This document shows, piece by piece, positions 28,001 to 36,633 of a stretch of DNA of 64,000 nucleotides. The translations under genes were made by a program, and so were the position numbers. Origin of the DNA: a virus; the IMG/VR virus record IMGVR_UViG_3300021185_002348, positions 3,918 through 67,917 of that record. One strand, 5' to 3'. The stretch's first letter is position 1. Each line of letters starts with the position of its first letter. Below the pieces are notes generated by a model that had not been told where the DNA came from, made no database searches, and saw nothing but the letters and a program-made list of their open reading frames with translations.

Positions 28001-28351
28001 TCCGCCTAGCTCTTCGTCTAAAAAATTATATATAGCAGATGCACTCTCTTTATCTTCTAGCCTTTCAGTAACTTTTGTTTTTTCACTAGTTTCTTCAGCG
28101 GCTTTTGAGTTCTGCTTAACTACGTCTCCTTCTTCTCTTTTTAGTCTTTCTATATAACCTCTAACGTGCTTAGGGTCGGAGCTCATAGTTTGTTTGTACT
28201 TTTCAACTTTATCTTTATACTTTGGATCAATAATTAAATCGGCGTCCTCTGTGTCGGATAATTCAAAATTATCTACGGCGTTACTATCAACAGCCATTGA
28301 ATCTGGTATAAAGCTGTTGTTATTTTGCATTTCTTCTTCGGGAGTGCTCAT
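19010..28351 (-). CDS. Giant polyvalent virion/ejection protein with two HExxH metallopeptidase-like motifs and an LPD23-like region
   Basis: 3113 aa; HESAH (~24790), IHQKTGFF..SG and LYYP.L, HEVQH (~23560), Y.RLDGEVEAR (~22815); follows the tail and ejection genes. Confidence 0.75.
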   Translation of the reverse strand: MSTPEEEMQNNNSFIPDSMAVDSNAVDNFELSDTEDADLIIDPKYKDKVEKYKQTMSSDPKHVRGYIERLKREEGDVVKQNSKAAEETSEKTKVTERLEDKESASAIYNFLDEELGGDDQVGINENGQINYNYTYDNQTFLGIDFLNPDDEVAINDDNVEEWLDGGYKMGDEHLDNLIDKKVNEQINSEIVASMRKGEYNSIVYTDDDKLALRNAYRQQYKSDLAYKRSEYEAGNAFSAALELEQNNVEIPTENMRFGNYNVTAPGYGMEEEEAEAARQHYAKNVAYGNLYANTLNKKLENYQSNSPELYNLYEAQEKATIALEELEKNNNGKTSKAYAEAVENVERLRGELQFGGYLKDEDGEYTVPEGQIQSYLDLASNFQNELEYLYDLENPETVHTLKNAWLKNQTLVNTIQAEIDKIPKQDSQSAANQPITMGGVPSMQAPDQYAPLRNKLGLKLLRVKAKQEALDHYYLLNHRYLESKEASETHAFQHFGKGFVRGMGLDNFTTSVIFQDNEYKEKAALDLLYQYSIPLSNEEVSNTQLSGGEEVGEFLGDVTALGVKLFASRGLINPIFLGGGRLATALASIKALKKVPKIQRGLAYMAKNGLLGAYYSSKVGAGRKFVEGTKLIDKIGILTIEGGLEELTFKTIGGQTGQGFGFGIGHRLPINLLGKWRPKKEFAAVFKKFTNPKLNQAVGATASMEMAGITESAWELLAYDDTFKEKFDELIPSFVGEGEGNEWKDSLGRRLLFNLAMNGILSTSAAYNPYSLGNIVRRKKTYNPTTGEYGISGIDQIVDQYKKDFTIRKDKLIEAINYFENSTPKGGEIYADVIKELKENLQDVHKFSLTVDNYIFKKVIVDKSAFDNPNGETTLGVVENAASDLMSGMINVVVSKNKNWKQAFNRLLNEYNAVNKQLYDAEPANAEELLKELETGNVLNFVNSLYTAQDDAELRKATALKRHGVVRETIFANGLRHRIRYNNRLNQYKQYWKRRGADGVDRTLTDAEVNQLRKADVKEANNLFEYEKNRDLSEKTMYGDGTSTGGSRDVIEVSTNNISDRLKKAKQSSKDGAKNGKTVRALNLINKLYNILPANAQSRYVLHSTPGTLNRVIKTRALEMRSEAISLFNQGVLTKEEFSQETRRIRDWSFQASKNPFISGSKNTIHIDVTHSSNILKKDLGTVLAHESAHPLLSLIQKVSPESYASLEKQMMSDKKYKKKYLWALKQYGFSDAQMQKMRLSLTQADFEALQDRKKTVLNETMAQWFGETMNASSLSYSPLKVISKPLYNAYSKVFGNPMGELVTSMLSENNVSPHILTLNDISDLSSLTNKINRAVRNGRSLKFDPSIKMPEEMSDNIDHFNLIDESRIFSELNNKENLSKPEFNKLNNLVLARQMRQQGESGLSIHQKTGFFMSRSGQIVSYEGPLHVTEKGKKGLFNATKVLYDSYKQDSEAKLSMEFDLSQIFDGPAFLYYPKLKSEVKVKINFTDPKDANSPVFLEEAQVYEEGFNRISGKDNVIVEISLSKDLLKKAFKDGSNVETLWEALNQGRKEGSMPLAADNTYNRVLQHLDLSGDKSNTFKSNTIDALSITNIIAHEVQHYMQHKESTTVEGGNRLSSMRVMQGLYINDSFGKNIKENFDSFNELSNLSPEEVITKILGAEQSSRLNELRTKLFKYSLYKKGGQEWNTFEDMSGAEQFKLYVEYQDMVESVSNKLISYGNEAFMPEFLNLAVNETLQLLDKVREVDPTYLRDRLSDSELIKITNDFLEYDKFVKDNTPVPENKGPLRGREGYNEAQERKENFFNGISEQLETRNKDLNLEEAKARLEVIIPLVKSFERYERLDGEVEARAVQSLNQGRAIGEDAKKDAGIIAQRQMDNAFVTPKEGFLSRALNRLNFKPEGEKQKDLFKPPGLYDSEVISELDINKPEDYKAINTKANDLFLNRSKVKTIDDYTTMLERFMNKNTFEAVKGSMIKGKVWDVKTRIKLEETGRVMRAHKENDANYLEQKYTELLEYRAEIWRLNDVNREPSRKEEEFNQENPDAPVGAYEQHVRDWITALGPVEIGQEYFTTNWETHKKALFNLEKRGRDTFKEIQNAKEQETLSNIQMALDVMEGTGKALGRKPFLARLFGIDAEYGKNKWYSGLNLRTLNQWGTANIYSLAEDLSINHAESGTFDSPLVNFVQDNMRSAQNTEFISKRSVLNILANKLKEINSIDGDVSRTSINPLSAEGPLSRQEGRVLNRLRQIELKNTKEQEVDWVDEETGTAGSNETWTPNEAANLYIKTLDATNYRTLEKMGIMKRTYNLKERYKTFKEFTESQDFLNFQIKLTGGMFAGESYRTVEEALEVIKKPTKKEREEGIDKRTKAVAEILAQERKKVEKVKNALDTWENLIKRGRYTQKEVDYIMKRNEEKKKKNALKAKPRWHSIRKRWESLHYALEKPYKYSPAEQLALKETYKQEAQKQIQIIDDRRLKELEESKEREIERKEFIYSEVKKAYESDDNPDYGLTNKGEAILNLVDPQLRQWSDYLVNEFFPTYATGELFPGHLNLNDFHIDITGAPLNHRKFYSPAPKDVEMGVNEGEINVSTPEIVFNEMQSSHLKEKSANKQPLRKQDINVMVTKFVQDMEFFKAYQKPISSLHKVFNNKKVKEKIRTDFAPGLHSVINRNILDIAGKNKLYNRLQTTLTKARTNYVVGSLGAKPSLMFKQATSILAYAGDMPTAEWVKTTASLLDPGPEGAISNWRNAYNTLMELPAMQKRYSRLEFDDAVRQVMGSEFENIPSHNKAVRKQLINAMMKPVIIGDRFAIVAGGWAVYEHNRKKALAEGKSPEEAVKFAEKRFESATNLAQQASDSPDLSIMQRNPYMKMFAMYKTSPMSYYRQSRAAMRALSASKGSSKEAAKKLLIYNYILPNLFQAVTTTFKYNKDKYIMNVDDGELDDQTKFSYDFYEMMRMAMPFTPDEISDKYGAAWKAQKRATYLGSANGIAIAGDVFTYLLNTFIEDSNYGFDAVPMASAVEAFGRGGKKLYDEASLLQNMNDEGIEINWSDYVEALEAINKVADPAMTLSGVPYRGTFNFAEGLYNLLHSEESYYDPSDKIVPFGGSQGEKIVPYDN

Positions 28352-28364
28352 AAATATTTAAAAA

Positions 28365-30422
28365 TTATTTTGGTTGTTTTCTTGCTGCAACAGCATCCGC
28401 TGCAGCTATTAAAGCAGGTGAAGAGTTTGGATCATAACCTATTTCAAGAAGTTGATCGTGAGTAAACTGCTCTAAATATGTTTCCATGTTTGTCATAGCA
28501 GAAAAATTATGGTTAGTTTTCCCTTCTAAATCTTTTACAATTTTAGGGGTAATAGGTATCATAGCCGTGTATTCGTTACCGCCATCAGCACTATCTGTAA
28601 ACTTAACACTACCTACCATTGCAGGACCATATTTTACATATTGTCGCCAGTCTTTAGGGTATATGGCTTTAAGTTCGTCCAGTAGTTCATTAGATAGTAT
28701 AGCCCCTCTTTTTAGCTTTACATTAAAAGCTTCTTCTTTTTTAGATCCGACCCAATTTGATCTACTAGAACCTATTTTAGACAAATTTGCAAAGTCTACA
28801 GGTGAAGCAAGCATAGGAACATTATTTAAAAGCTTGTCCGGAGCAAATTGACCTTGTCCAGTTAATCCGTGATGTCCTAAAGCGTTTGGTTTATCAGTAT
28901 CCTTAACTTTCCCTATATTACCTAATACAAAAGCCCCTGCGTCTCGAACAAAGTTATATGTAAAATCAGGGAAATCAGATTGGTTTGTACCCTGTAAGGT
29001 ATAAGCCATATATCCAAGACCTGTATCGTCTTTAAATGTTGATTGACGAGCTTGTCGGTTTTTAGGGTCAAATTTTTCTCCTTCGTCCTCTCCCGTATTA
29101 TACCGCATATCTGCTGTATATGTTGTTTGAATCTGAGTAAGGTCGCTAATCTCGCGTTCTTCTATGTATGCGTTTGTGTCTGCTGTAACAACCCCCACTC
29201 CTTTTACTTCCGGATCTACCCATCCGCCATCTGCAGTTATATTTTTATTTACATCTGTATAAGGGGCTACTTCAAGCGTAGAATACTTTACCCATTCATT
29301 TAATAAGTCTTCCTCAGTATAATCTGTTGAACCAAACCTTTCTTGCATAAACGAATCAAAAGCAACTTGATTTGTAGGATTATTTCTGTAATCGGCTGCT
29401 ATTCTTACTCTTAAATGTTCTCTTAAAGCAGCATCGTCTTTAAGCTCACCGTCAGGACCTCTAGAAAGGTCTCCCGTATATCTAGTATCTACTTTTAATA
29501 AATTCCCTATCGGAGCGGGTTTAACTTTATTAAAACTTGTACCTTCTTTATAAGGTCTTGGGTCTTTTTCTTGATTTTGTCTTTCATTAACAACCCATTG
29601 CTTATATTCATCTCTATACCTTTGATCTTTCATCATTAAAGCTATACCTTCGTCCGTAGCGCCAGGACTTGTAGCTTCTATCCAATCTGCCATAGCTCCC
29701 ATATTATCAGGAGAATCCCATCCGCCATTTTTTATAATAGCATCATCAAAGCTTTGGTTAAAATCATCAGCAGATGCACCCATTAAGTCTTCAAAGTTTT
29801 TTAAGTAATCAGGTTCTTTTTGAGCACCTAAAGCATCATCAAATAAAAGAGCATCCCATGAGCTAAGATTAATTTGCTCGTCTTCCCCAGTTTCTTTATT
29901 GTTTATTGCGACTGTAACATTACCTCTTTCATCAAAACCTAAACGATCAGGGTTTTCTACAAATTGATTAATTTGATTCCATTTGTCTTGAATTTTTTCA
30001 TATTCTTCAGGACTGAAGTCAAGCTCACCTTTTTGATAGTTTTCCATTATGGTACTATAATCTGAAAAGGCTTCATTCATTTTAACAATAGCTGTTAAAG
30101 TACTGTTTTTTAAATTATTATAAGTTGCTGCATTATTAGCATTATAATCGTCAGATTTTTGGTCCAAAGTTGAACCATACTGTACGCCAGTGTCTAATAC
30201 ATACTGGTTAAGTTTAGCTTTTTGAGGCGTAAACTTAGAAGCAACTTTTTCTGTTATAGGAGTTGGAATAAAAGTACCTTTGTTTGCTTGTTTTTTAGCA
30301 GCAACTTTTTGCTTGACCGCTTGCCTAGCCTGTATAGCTCTGTCAAAACGAGCAAAATTTTGATTTGTTCTTTGAGTGATGCCAGCGTTAAACTGTTGCC
30401 TTTTATACGGATCTGAAGCCAT
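28365..30422 (-). CDS. Putative internal virion/ejection protein
   Basis: 685 aa, between the tail muzzle gene and the giant protein. Confidence 0.55.
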   Translation of the reverse strand: MASDPYKRQQFNAGITQRTNQNFARFDRAIQARQAVKQKVAAKKQANKGTFIPTPITEKVASKFTPQKAKLNQYVLDTGVQYGSTLDQKSDDYNANNAATYNNLKNSTLTAIVKMNEAFSDYSTIMENYQKGELDFSPEEYEKIQDKWNQINQFVENPDRLGFDERGNVTVAINNKETGEDEQINLSSWDALLFDDALGAQKEPDYLKNFEDLMGASADDFNQSFDDAIIKNGGWDSPDNMGAMADWIEATSPGATDEGIALMMKDQRYRDEYKQWVVNERQNQEKDPRPYKEGTSFNKVKPAPIGNLLKVDTRYTGDLSRGPDGELKDDAALREHLRVRIAADYRNNPTNQVAFDSFMQERFGSTDYTEEDLLNEWVKYSTLEVAPYTDVNKNITADGGWVDPEVKGVGVVTADTNAYIEEREISDLTQIQTTYTADMRYNTGEDEGEKFDPKNRQARQSTFKDDTGLGYMAYTLQGTNQSDFPDFTYNFVRDAGAFVLGNIGKVKDTDKPNALGHHGLTGQGQFAPDKLLNNVPMLASPVDFANLSKIGSSRSNWVGSKKEEAFNVKLKRGAILSNELLDELKAIYPKDWRQYVKYGPAMVGSVKFTDSADGGNEYTAMIPITPKIVKDLEGKTNHNFSAMTNMETYLEQFTHDQLLEIGYDPNSSPALIAAADAVAARKQPK

Positions 30423-30431
30423 TTTATTATT

Positions 30432-31061
30432 TTATTTTATTATTTGTCCTGTTACATCGTCTATACCATCGCCATCAGCGTCTACCGAAGTATTAGTGGA
30501 ACCAAGTTGAGCAGTTATATTTGCTCCAGGAGTTACAGTAGGGTTTGCAACTGCAGCGGTGTTATTGGCTATTCCCATAGTAGCTACAGATGTAATTGCT
30601 GAATCAATGCTACCTAAACCAGAACTTGATCTTTGTTTACCTTGTTGTATTAAATCTTTTGCTTCACCTCTTCTACCTAAGAAGTCTGCCCACTTTTTAT
30701 CCATCACTCCTACTTCTTCTTTACGAAAGTTTTCTCGAGCTCCTGATCTTTTTTGATCCATGAATTTAAGTAAGGCTAAATCAGACTGTAATCCTTCTGC
30801 GCTATTCTTACTAGATACTCTTGCTGCAGCTAACGGATTTCTACCCGCCGCACTCATTTGATTAGCTTGACGCTGCGCTTGGCTGTTTTGCATCATGTTA
30901 ATCATATTTTTATCGTAAGGATTTAATAAGTCTTCTTGAGCTATAGAGGATATTTTAGGCGTAAGAGCGTCTCTTTGGCTTTCAACAGCCTTAAGGTCTC
31001 TAGCACCTTGTCTTTTATCTTTTATACCACCTACAATTTCATTTATACCTTGTAGTATCAT
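30432..31061 (-). CDS. Putative ejection protein
   Basis: 209 aa, Q/A/G-rich helical, weakly hydrophobic segment; TATATTTG at 31077-31084 (-). Confidence 0.55.
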   Translation of the reverse strand: MILQGINEIVGGIKDKRQGARDLKAVESQRDALTPKISSIAQEDLLNPYDKNMINMMQNSQAQRQANQMSAAGRNPLAAARVSSKNSAEGLQSDLALLKFMDQKRSGARENFRKEEVGVMDKKWADFLGRRGEAKDLIQQGKQRSSSGLGSIDSAITSVATMGIANNTAAVANPTVTPGANITAQLGSTNTSVDADGDGIDDVTGQIIK

Positions 31062-31084
31062 ATTTTTTTATTTACACAAATATA

Positions 31085-34000
31085 TCAATTATTTTTATAA
31101 GAAAGAGGACTATAGTCCATATCTACATTAATAGCAAACAACTCAATCGTATCTTGATCGTTATTTTGATTAAACGTAAATGAACTAGGTACTATTGAAA
31201 AACTACAATTTGAAAAAGCCCCTTTCGCTTTTGAACCTTCTAGCCCTGGGCATAAACTAAGCTTGCGAACTAAAAAGTATGTATTACCTGCGACAAATGT
31301 ACCCGATCCCGGTAATCCAGTAACAGTCAATACAGCGCCGTTTATAGCTGTTATAGTGCAATCAATAGGCACTGAGGGATTAGCTCCATCAAAGACAGCG
31401 TAATTAGCTCCTGTGGCAATGTTACTTGATACGTCAGATGAACAAGTCAATGTAGTAGCGTTTGTATAGACTACGTTTGTTAAACCTTCAAACTTTAAGC
31501 TTACTTTTTCATTGTAATCTTTAAACTCCGTCTTATCACCTAAAGGTATAGGCATGTGATATACGCCTTCTTTTCTTACCCAATAGTGAGCCCCGCCCGG
31601 TGCGTTTAACTCGCCTGAATTTGTTTTAAACTCACCTATAAAGTTTTCTGTTTTAAAGCTTGATGGCGTCCACGGATAGGTTCCTTCTATTGAAACGTTA
31701 TTAAATGTTTTAACCATTGAAGGCGCTCCATTAAACACCACATCTATACTTGAAGCGTCTGATACCGAAGCTCCATAAAACTTATTTGAATTACCCTTTG
31801 CAGTATCTTGGTTATGTAAATATATATATCCACCTTTAAAGGTATAAAAGTTTGAACCTAAATGTGTTAATTCTTCGGGTCTATAAGAATAAAAACTTAC
31901 GTATTTATTTAAGTCTTCATAAAATCCTAAAACTTTATTTGAAGTTGAATCAAATGATGTATTTTCGTCAATGTATTCTCCAAAGTAAATGTATTCATTA
32001 CTTTCTGGATTAAACCCTGCACTATGAGAGTACCTATAACCTTTACCTCCTCCTGTTTCCGCTCCTGCTCCAAGGAAGCTTTTGCGGTTCCTAAAGTAGT
32101 CTAAAAAGTATCTATGCATTCCGTTTTGAGAAATAACTGTTATGCCATCTCCACTTAACCTGCACATAACTCCTCTTAAAGGGTCAACAAAATATATCTT
32201 ATTAGCGTGCTTTATAACACTCTCGCCTGCATATGCGGGACCGTATTCACCTGCGTACGGTGATGCCACAGATAATACTTGATCACTTAAAGCTACGTTA
32301 CTATCGCCTGTAGCCCCCATTAGTAAAGCTTTTTTAACCATTACCCTACTTACTTTATTTTTTTGAAAAAGTATAAGGTTAGAATCTTGCTCAACCATTT
32401 TTTCTATAGGGCCGTAGCCAATAGAATATTCTTTTAATGGTATATCTATTATGTTAAACTCACTTAAGCCATTCACATTAGAGGTAGACAAGTATGGCCC
32501 TGAGTAATACACTGTAGATGTGCGGGCTTCTTCCTTTACATATTGATTATATGTATGTTTTCTACCTTTATTATATGTATCAGATTTAATAAAATCGTTT
32601 ACAAAATAGCCTTCCACAGGCAACCCCTTGTGAACTACTACAACATCATCTAGCCTAGCGGCTACCATACGTCTACCTTTAACATAAACATCTCCATTAT
32701 ATAAATAGCCAGATGCTGCTACAGGTGTAGCGCCTACAGATTGATCTACACCGTTTTCACCAGCTGTATGATATTTATCTCCAGTGACATTGTGTTTTTC
32801 AATTGCTAATTTATCTGATAGTCCATAATAATAACTAGGACCATCTTGCAGGTTCTTTTTAGGGTTGTATATTTCAAATAATATTTCTTCGTAAGCGCCT
32901 TCTGATAATATAGTTACATCATCATATGTAAACCCAGCTTCTTCAGGAGCATTGAATGAAATCCAATATCCTTCCATAAACTTTTTACGGTTATTAACCG
33001 CTCCTGATGTATTACCTGAAAACTTTTGCTCATAAAACTCTCTTAAAGGATTTGTAAGCGCAGGGTCTATATCTGACTCCTGAGTGTGATAAGGGTATAC
33101 TTTAGCGTCTTGTATAGGTACGTCTATGTAAGTATTTATATCTCCCGCCTTATTGCTTATAAATCTTATTCTATCACCCTCCCCAAACACATAATCTATC
33201 AAAGGATTGTCGTTTGATTTATAGCTGTAAGGTTTTCCTTTAAACGAATTTAAATTTAGGTATACTTTTTTATCACCTGAGTCCTCTAAGTTTTTAGCAA
33301 CTCTTTCTGATGTGAATTGTAAAAAGTCTTTTACAGTAGTATTACCCGCGTATACCCATTGATACCATTCTGCCCACGCAGGTGGAGCATGGTTTATAGC
33401 CCATTTAATTACAGGCAGCCCTAGCGTATTAGTTTGTGCTGAATCTAACGCCCCAGAATTTGCAGCATCAGAAGCTAATCTTTCAGAAGAAAATTTAACG
33501 TAGGATGTAGTGTCTTTACTTTTATTTACATATGAAGTTTGGTTTCTATTGTTACCATAGATAATACCAAAATCATGATGAGCGCCTGATTTAAAAGTAT
33601 TTACTGTGTCTTTTAAATCTGTAAAACCTGATGAATGGCTAAAATTAAACTTATAAAATTTAGGCTTAACCAAAGCTCCCCAGTCATGTGATTCAGGCCC
33701 TGTAGCCGTAAAATATATATAAATCATTTGGCCTGCCTTGTCTCCAACAGCCGTAGGAGCATAGAAAGTACCGTTGTCAAATACTTTACAATTTCTCCAA
33801 TTAGTTACATTTAAGTAATCACCAGACGAATTATTAACGTTTTTATTAGGTATACTTTTAAAAGCAGTTGCTATTTCATTACAAAAAGCAGTTACTGTTT
33901 TACCTGGTTCACTACAACTAACTGATATATGCTCCCAGTCGTTACCTATACCATATCTATTATCTTTATTATTAAAAGAGCCATATTTGTATGCCCAGTG

Positions 34001-36631
34001 AAAGCTTCCGCTTGAAGAAAACTGTGTACCTATAGGCACAAAACTTTGGTTAGACCCGGATGTTTCTACAGGGCAGTCGCTTACATCTAATTGTATAATG
34101 CATCGAGAACGCTGAAATTCAGCCTCAAAGTTATTGCTACCCCAACCATTACTAAGGTTTACTCCAGGCCAACTTACTAAAGCGTGCCCGTTAGCAAGTC
34201 CAGGGCATGGAGTACTTAAATCATATTGTTGAGCTGCATCAAAAGTACCCGGTAAGTTTGCACCTATTTCAAGTTGTGAGTCATTTGATACAGCACTTGG
34301 CGTTCCAAAAAAGTCGTCTCCAGAATCCCAGTTACCTCCTCCATTGTCTGCAGTTAATTCAGCAATAACGTAAACCTGAAATTGTGGTCCTGTGCTTACG
34401 GCTGCATTTACAGGAACAATGCTATAATTAGCATCGTCATTGCTTCTGTATTCAGTTTCCATGCTTACGTCTAGCTGACACGCTAAATCAAACCCATCGG
34501 TTACGTTACCGTATATAATGCTACTATTGTCTATAATAGACTGAGCTTCTGCCGTATGAGGCACCCAGTCGTATAGCTTATCAGCATTTCTGCTGTCTAA
34601 AACCGTGTATATACCATCGTTATAAAAGGTAACTTTTAAATTTTGGAAAGGTAAAAACAATTCGGGCTTAGGGTTAAATACCAACGGGCTAGGCACTGTG
34701 AAAGCAGCACCAGGCACATCTACTAAATTATCGCCTACCCATACCTGCTCGGTTTCTCGTATGCTAACTTCAGCTTCTTTATACGGTTCAACACATTTAT
34801 TAGTATACCAGTTTACAGTGTCAATAAGCATAAAAGGCGATTCGTTTCCTTCTCTCGCGTAAATTTCAACGCCCATTATATTTGATGGCAACGCGTATAG
34901 TCTTTCAACCAATCCGGTGTTTGGAGTGTGTAACCGACCTACAGTTCCGTCAACATATTCTGTATCTGTGTTTAAAGTTTGTAAAGACTCTATACCATCG
35001 TTTAAAAACGGAATAATTATATCTACTCCATTGTGGTAGGACTGTGTATAAGAAACTCCAGTTGTAGAGTTTAACGCCATAGTCGCCGGTATCTTTATAT
35101 CTGATATAGGACTTAAAGCAGAAACGTCATTATCATCGTAGACATATCTATAGGCAAATTGCCACACGTGCCCAAATAAGTTATTTTTCTTTTTAGCTGT
35201 ATCACTGAAATAACTGTAAGTTGCTTTATCTCTAGGTCCCCGCTTATGCGCGTTAACATATTGTTCTTTTATGTGTTTATATATATTATTATAAGCCTCA
35301 GGATAATAAGCTGTTTGAGGATTTATTACATAAGAAAATGTTTCAGATGCAGAGTCGTATGATATAATTTCCCATATTTTACCCGGGGCAGCAGGACTTG
35401 AGCCGATAAATTCGTGATCGACTACAAGCCTCTTACCGTCCGATGATACATGGGTTACTTTAAAATAGTTATTGTATTCGTTGTATAAAAAACCTTTTTG
35501 TTGCTCTACATATATAATACTTCCTGCAGCAATTCCAAAGTCTTCTTCACTCACAAAAGTTAATTTATCTTGCAAACCGTTTGAGTTACCTTCAAAGTTT
35601 ACATCTACAAACTCTGGAGAAGACCACGTAGCAGAATGATTATCATAAAATGGTTTTGCGTTGTTTTTGTAAATAGTATACCCTGCTAAACACTTAGCAA
35701 TGTTTATTCTTTTTGGGGTTGAGTTGCCATCTGTCCACGCTAAAAACTTACTGTCTATTACATCTGCATTATGAATTTTGGTGTAAGAATTAAACTTTAA
35801 AACTGCAGAAGGCAAGTCTTTATATTCTGAATACACAATACTAATTGAGTTAGATAGTTCACTAAAACGTAGTATCCAGTCTCTTCTATCAAGTCCCTTA
35901 GTCTGTGTAACAAAATAATAAATTATTCTTTTTACTTCATCGGTAGCACTACCCACACACACCGCATCAAACTCTATAGCATTTTCAATGCTTTCTGCTA
36001 CTTGTCTTCTTCCCGCGCTTATAAATACATCGTTTGTGTGGTCATAAGCAGCAACGGGTGTTGTGTAATTGTCTCTATAAAATAAACCTGAAAAATTGTA
36101 ATTAGCTTCAGTAGCTGTTATTGTTATAACAGAATTAACTATTTCAACTGATATTTTGTTTTGTAAAGTCTCGGTGTTTGAAATATCTTCTAACACGCTA
36201 TTATAAACGTGATTTGAAAAAATTAAGTTATCTATTTCAGCGGCACTTAACGAACTTGGTATTGGATATTCATTTAGCAAAGCTATATACCCGCTGTACA
36301 ACAAGTTATGTGTTGCTGTATGCGCTATAACGGTTGTTCCATCGGTTAAGTTATAGTTTAATATGTATTTTAAACTGTTACTACCACCCCAATTAAAAAC
36401 AATTCTATCAATATTTATTGTAAGCTTACCTCCTTGAGCTTCAGAATTTGTAAAAGAAAATCCTGTAGCCTTTTTAATATTGCCGGGTATAGGTGTAATA
36501 ACACCCATAGTACCGTCAGCTCCGTGTAAGTTTTGTACGTTTATAGCATCTCTATATTGATCATTTGGTATTAGCCTTTGATCAACATCTTTATTCATAC
36601 CACCTTTAAATGTTCTTTTATCTATAGCCAT
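31085..36631 (-). CDS. Tail stabilisation/muzzle protein (crAss-like, P22 gp10 analogue)
   Basis: F.GGMNKD.D.RL.P..QYRDA.N N-terminus, LAWTDG..PKRIN, QFAYRY.Y.D..S.LSP, KEG.Y. Confidence 0.8.
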   Translation of the reverse strand: MAIDKRTFKGGMNKDVDQRLIPNDQYRDAINVQNLHGADGTMGVITPIPGNIKKATGFSFTNSEAQGGKLTINIDRIVFNWGGSNSLKYILNYNLTDGTTVIAHTATHNLLYSGYIALLNEYPIPSSLSAAEIDNLIFSNHVYNSVLEDISNTETLQNKISVEIVNSVITITATEANYNFSGLFYRDNYTTPVAAYDHTNDVFISAGRRQVAESIENAIEFDAVCVGSATDEVKRIIYYFVTQTKGLDRRDWILRFSELSNSISIVYSEYKDLPSAVLKFNSYTKIHNADVIDSKFLAWTDGNSTPKRINIAKCLAGYTIYKNNAKPFYDNHSATWSSPEFVDVNFEGNSNGLQDKLTFVSEEDFGIAAGSIIYVEQQKGFLYNEYNNYFKVTHVSSDGKRLVVDHEFIGSSPAAPGKIWEIISYDSASETFSYVINPQTAYYPEAYNNIYKHIKEQYVNAHKRGPRDKATYSYFSDTAKKKNNLFGHVWQFAYRYVYDDNDVSALSPISDIKIPATMALNSTTGVSYTQSYHNGVDIIIPFLNDGIESLQTLNTDTEYVDGTVGRLHTPNTGLVERLYALPSNIMGVEIYAREGNESPFMLIDTVNWYTNKCVEPYKEAEVSIRETEQVWVGDNLVDVPGAAFTVPSPLVFNPKPELFLPFQNLKVTFYNDGIYTVLDSRNADKLYDWVPHTAEAQSIIDNSSIIYGNVTDGFDLACQLDVSMETEYRSNDDANYSIVPVNAAVSTGPQFQVYVIAELTADNGGGNWDSGDDFFGTPSAVSNDSQLEIGANLPGTFDAAQQYDLSTPCPGLANGHALVSWPGVNLSNGWGSNNFEAEFQRSRCIIQLDVSDCPVETSGSNQSFVPIGTQFSSSGSFHWAYKYGSFNNKDNRYGIGNDWEHISVSCSEPGKTVTAFCNEIATAFKSIPNKNVNNSSGDYLNVTNWRNCKVFDNGTFYAPTAVGDKAGQMIYIYFTATGPESHDWGALVKPKFYKFNFSHSSGFTDLKDTVNTFKSGAHHDFGIIYGNNRNQTSYVNKSKDTTSYVKFSSERLASDAANSGALDSAQTNTLGLPVIKWAINHAPPAWAEWYQWVYAGNTTVKDFLQFTSERVAKNLEDSGDKKVYLNLNSFKGKPYSYKSNDNPLIDYVFGEGDRIRFISNKAGDINTYIDVPIQDAKVYPYHTQESDIDPALTNPLREFYEQKFSGNTSGAVNNRKKFMEGYWISFNAPEEAGFTYDDVTILSEGAYEEILFEIYNPKKNLQDGPSYYYGLSDKLAIEKHNVTGDKYHTAGENGVDQSVGATPVAASGYLYNGDVYVKGRRMVAARLDDVVVVHKGLPVEGYFVNDFIKSDTYNKGRKHTYNQYVKEEARTSTVYYSGPYLSTSNVNGLSEFNIIDIPLKEYSIGYGPIEKMVEQDSNLILFQKNKVSRVMVKKALLMGATGDSNVALSDQVLSVASPYAGEYGPAYAGESVIKHANKIYFVDPLRGVMCRLSGDGITVISQNGMHRYFLDYFRNRKSFLGAGAETGGGKGYRYSHSAGFNPESNEYIYFGEYIDENTSFDSTSNKVLGFYEDLNKYVSFYSYRPEELTHLGSNFYTFKGGYIYLHNQDTAKGNSNKFYGASVSDASSIDVVFNGAPSMVKTFNNVSIEGTYPWTPSSFKTENFIGEFKTNSGELNAPGGAHYWVRKEGVYHMPIPLGDKTEFKDYNEKVSLKFEGLTNVVYTNATTLTCSSDVSSNIATGANYAVFDGANPSVPIDCTITAINGAVLTVTGLPGSGTFVAGNTYFLVRKLSLCPGLEGSKAKGAFSNCSFSIVPSSFTFNQNNDQDTIELFAINVDMDYSPLSYKNN

Positions 36632-36633
36632 TA

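Noticed and set aside
19010-28351. Giant ORF as a crAss-type virion RNA polymerase
   Set aside because: No DxDGD/DFDID catalytic motif found (the nearest is SIDGD); the motifs present are metallopeptidase/LPD-like
30450-30490. DADGDG motif in the 209-aa protein as a polymerase active site
   Set aside because: Protein is too small and the motif is terminal; more like a Ca-binding or low-complexity acidic loop
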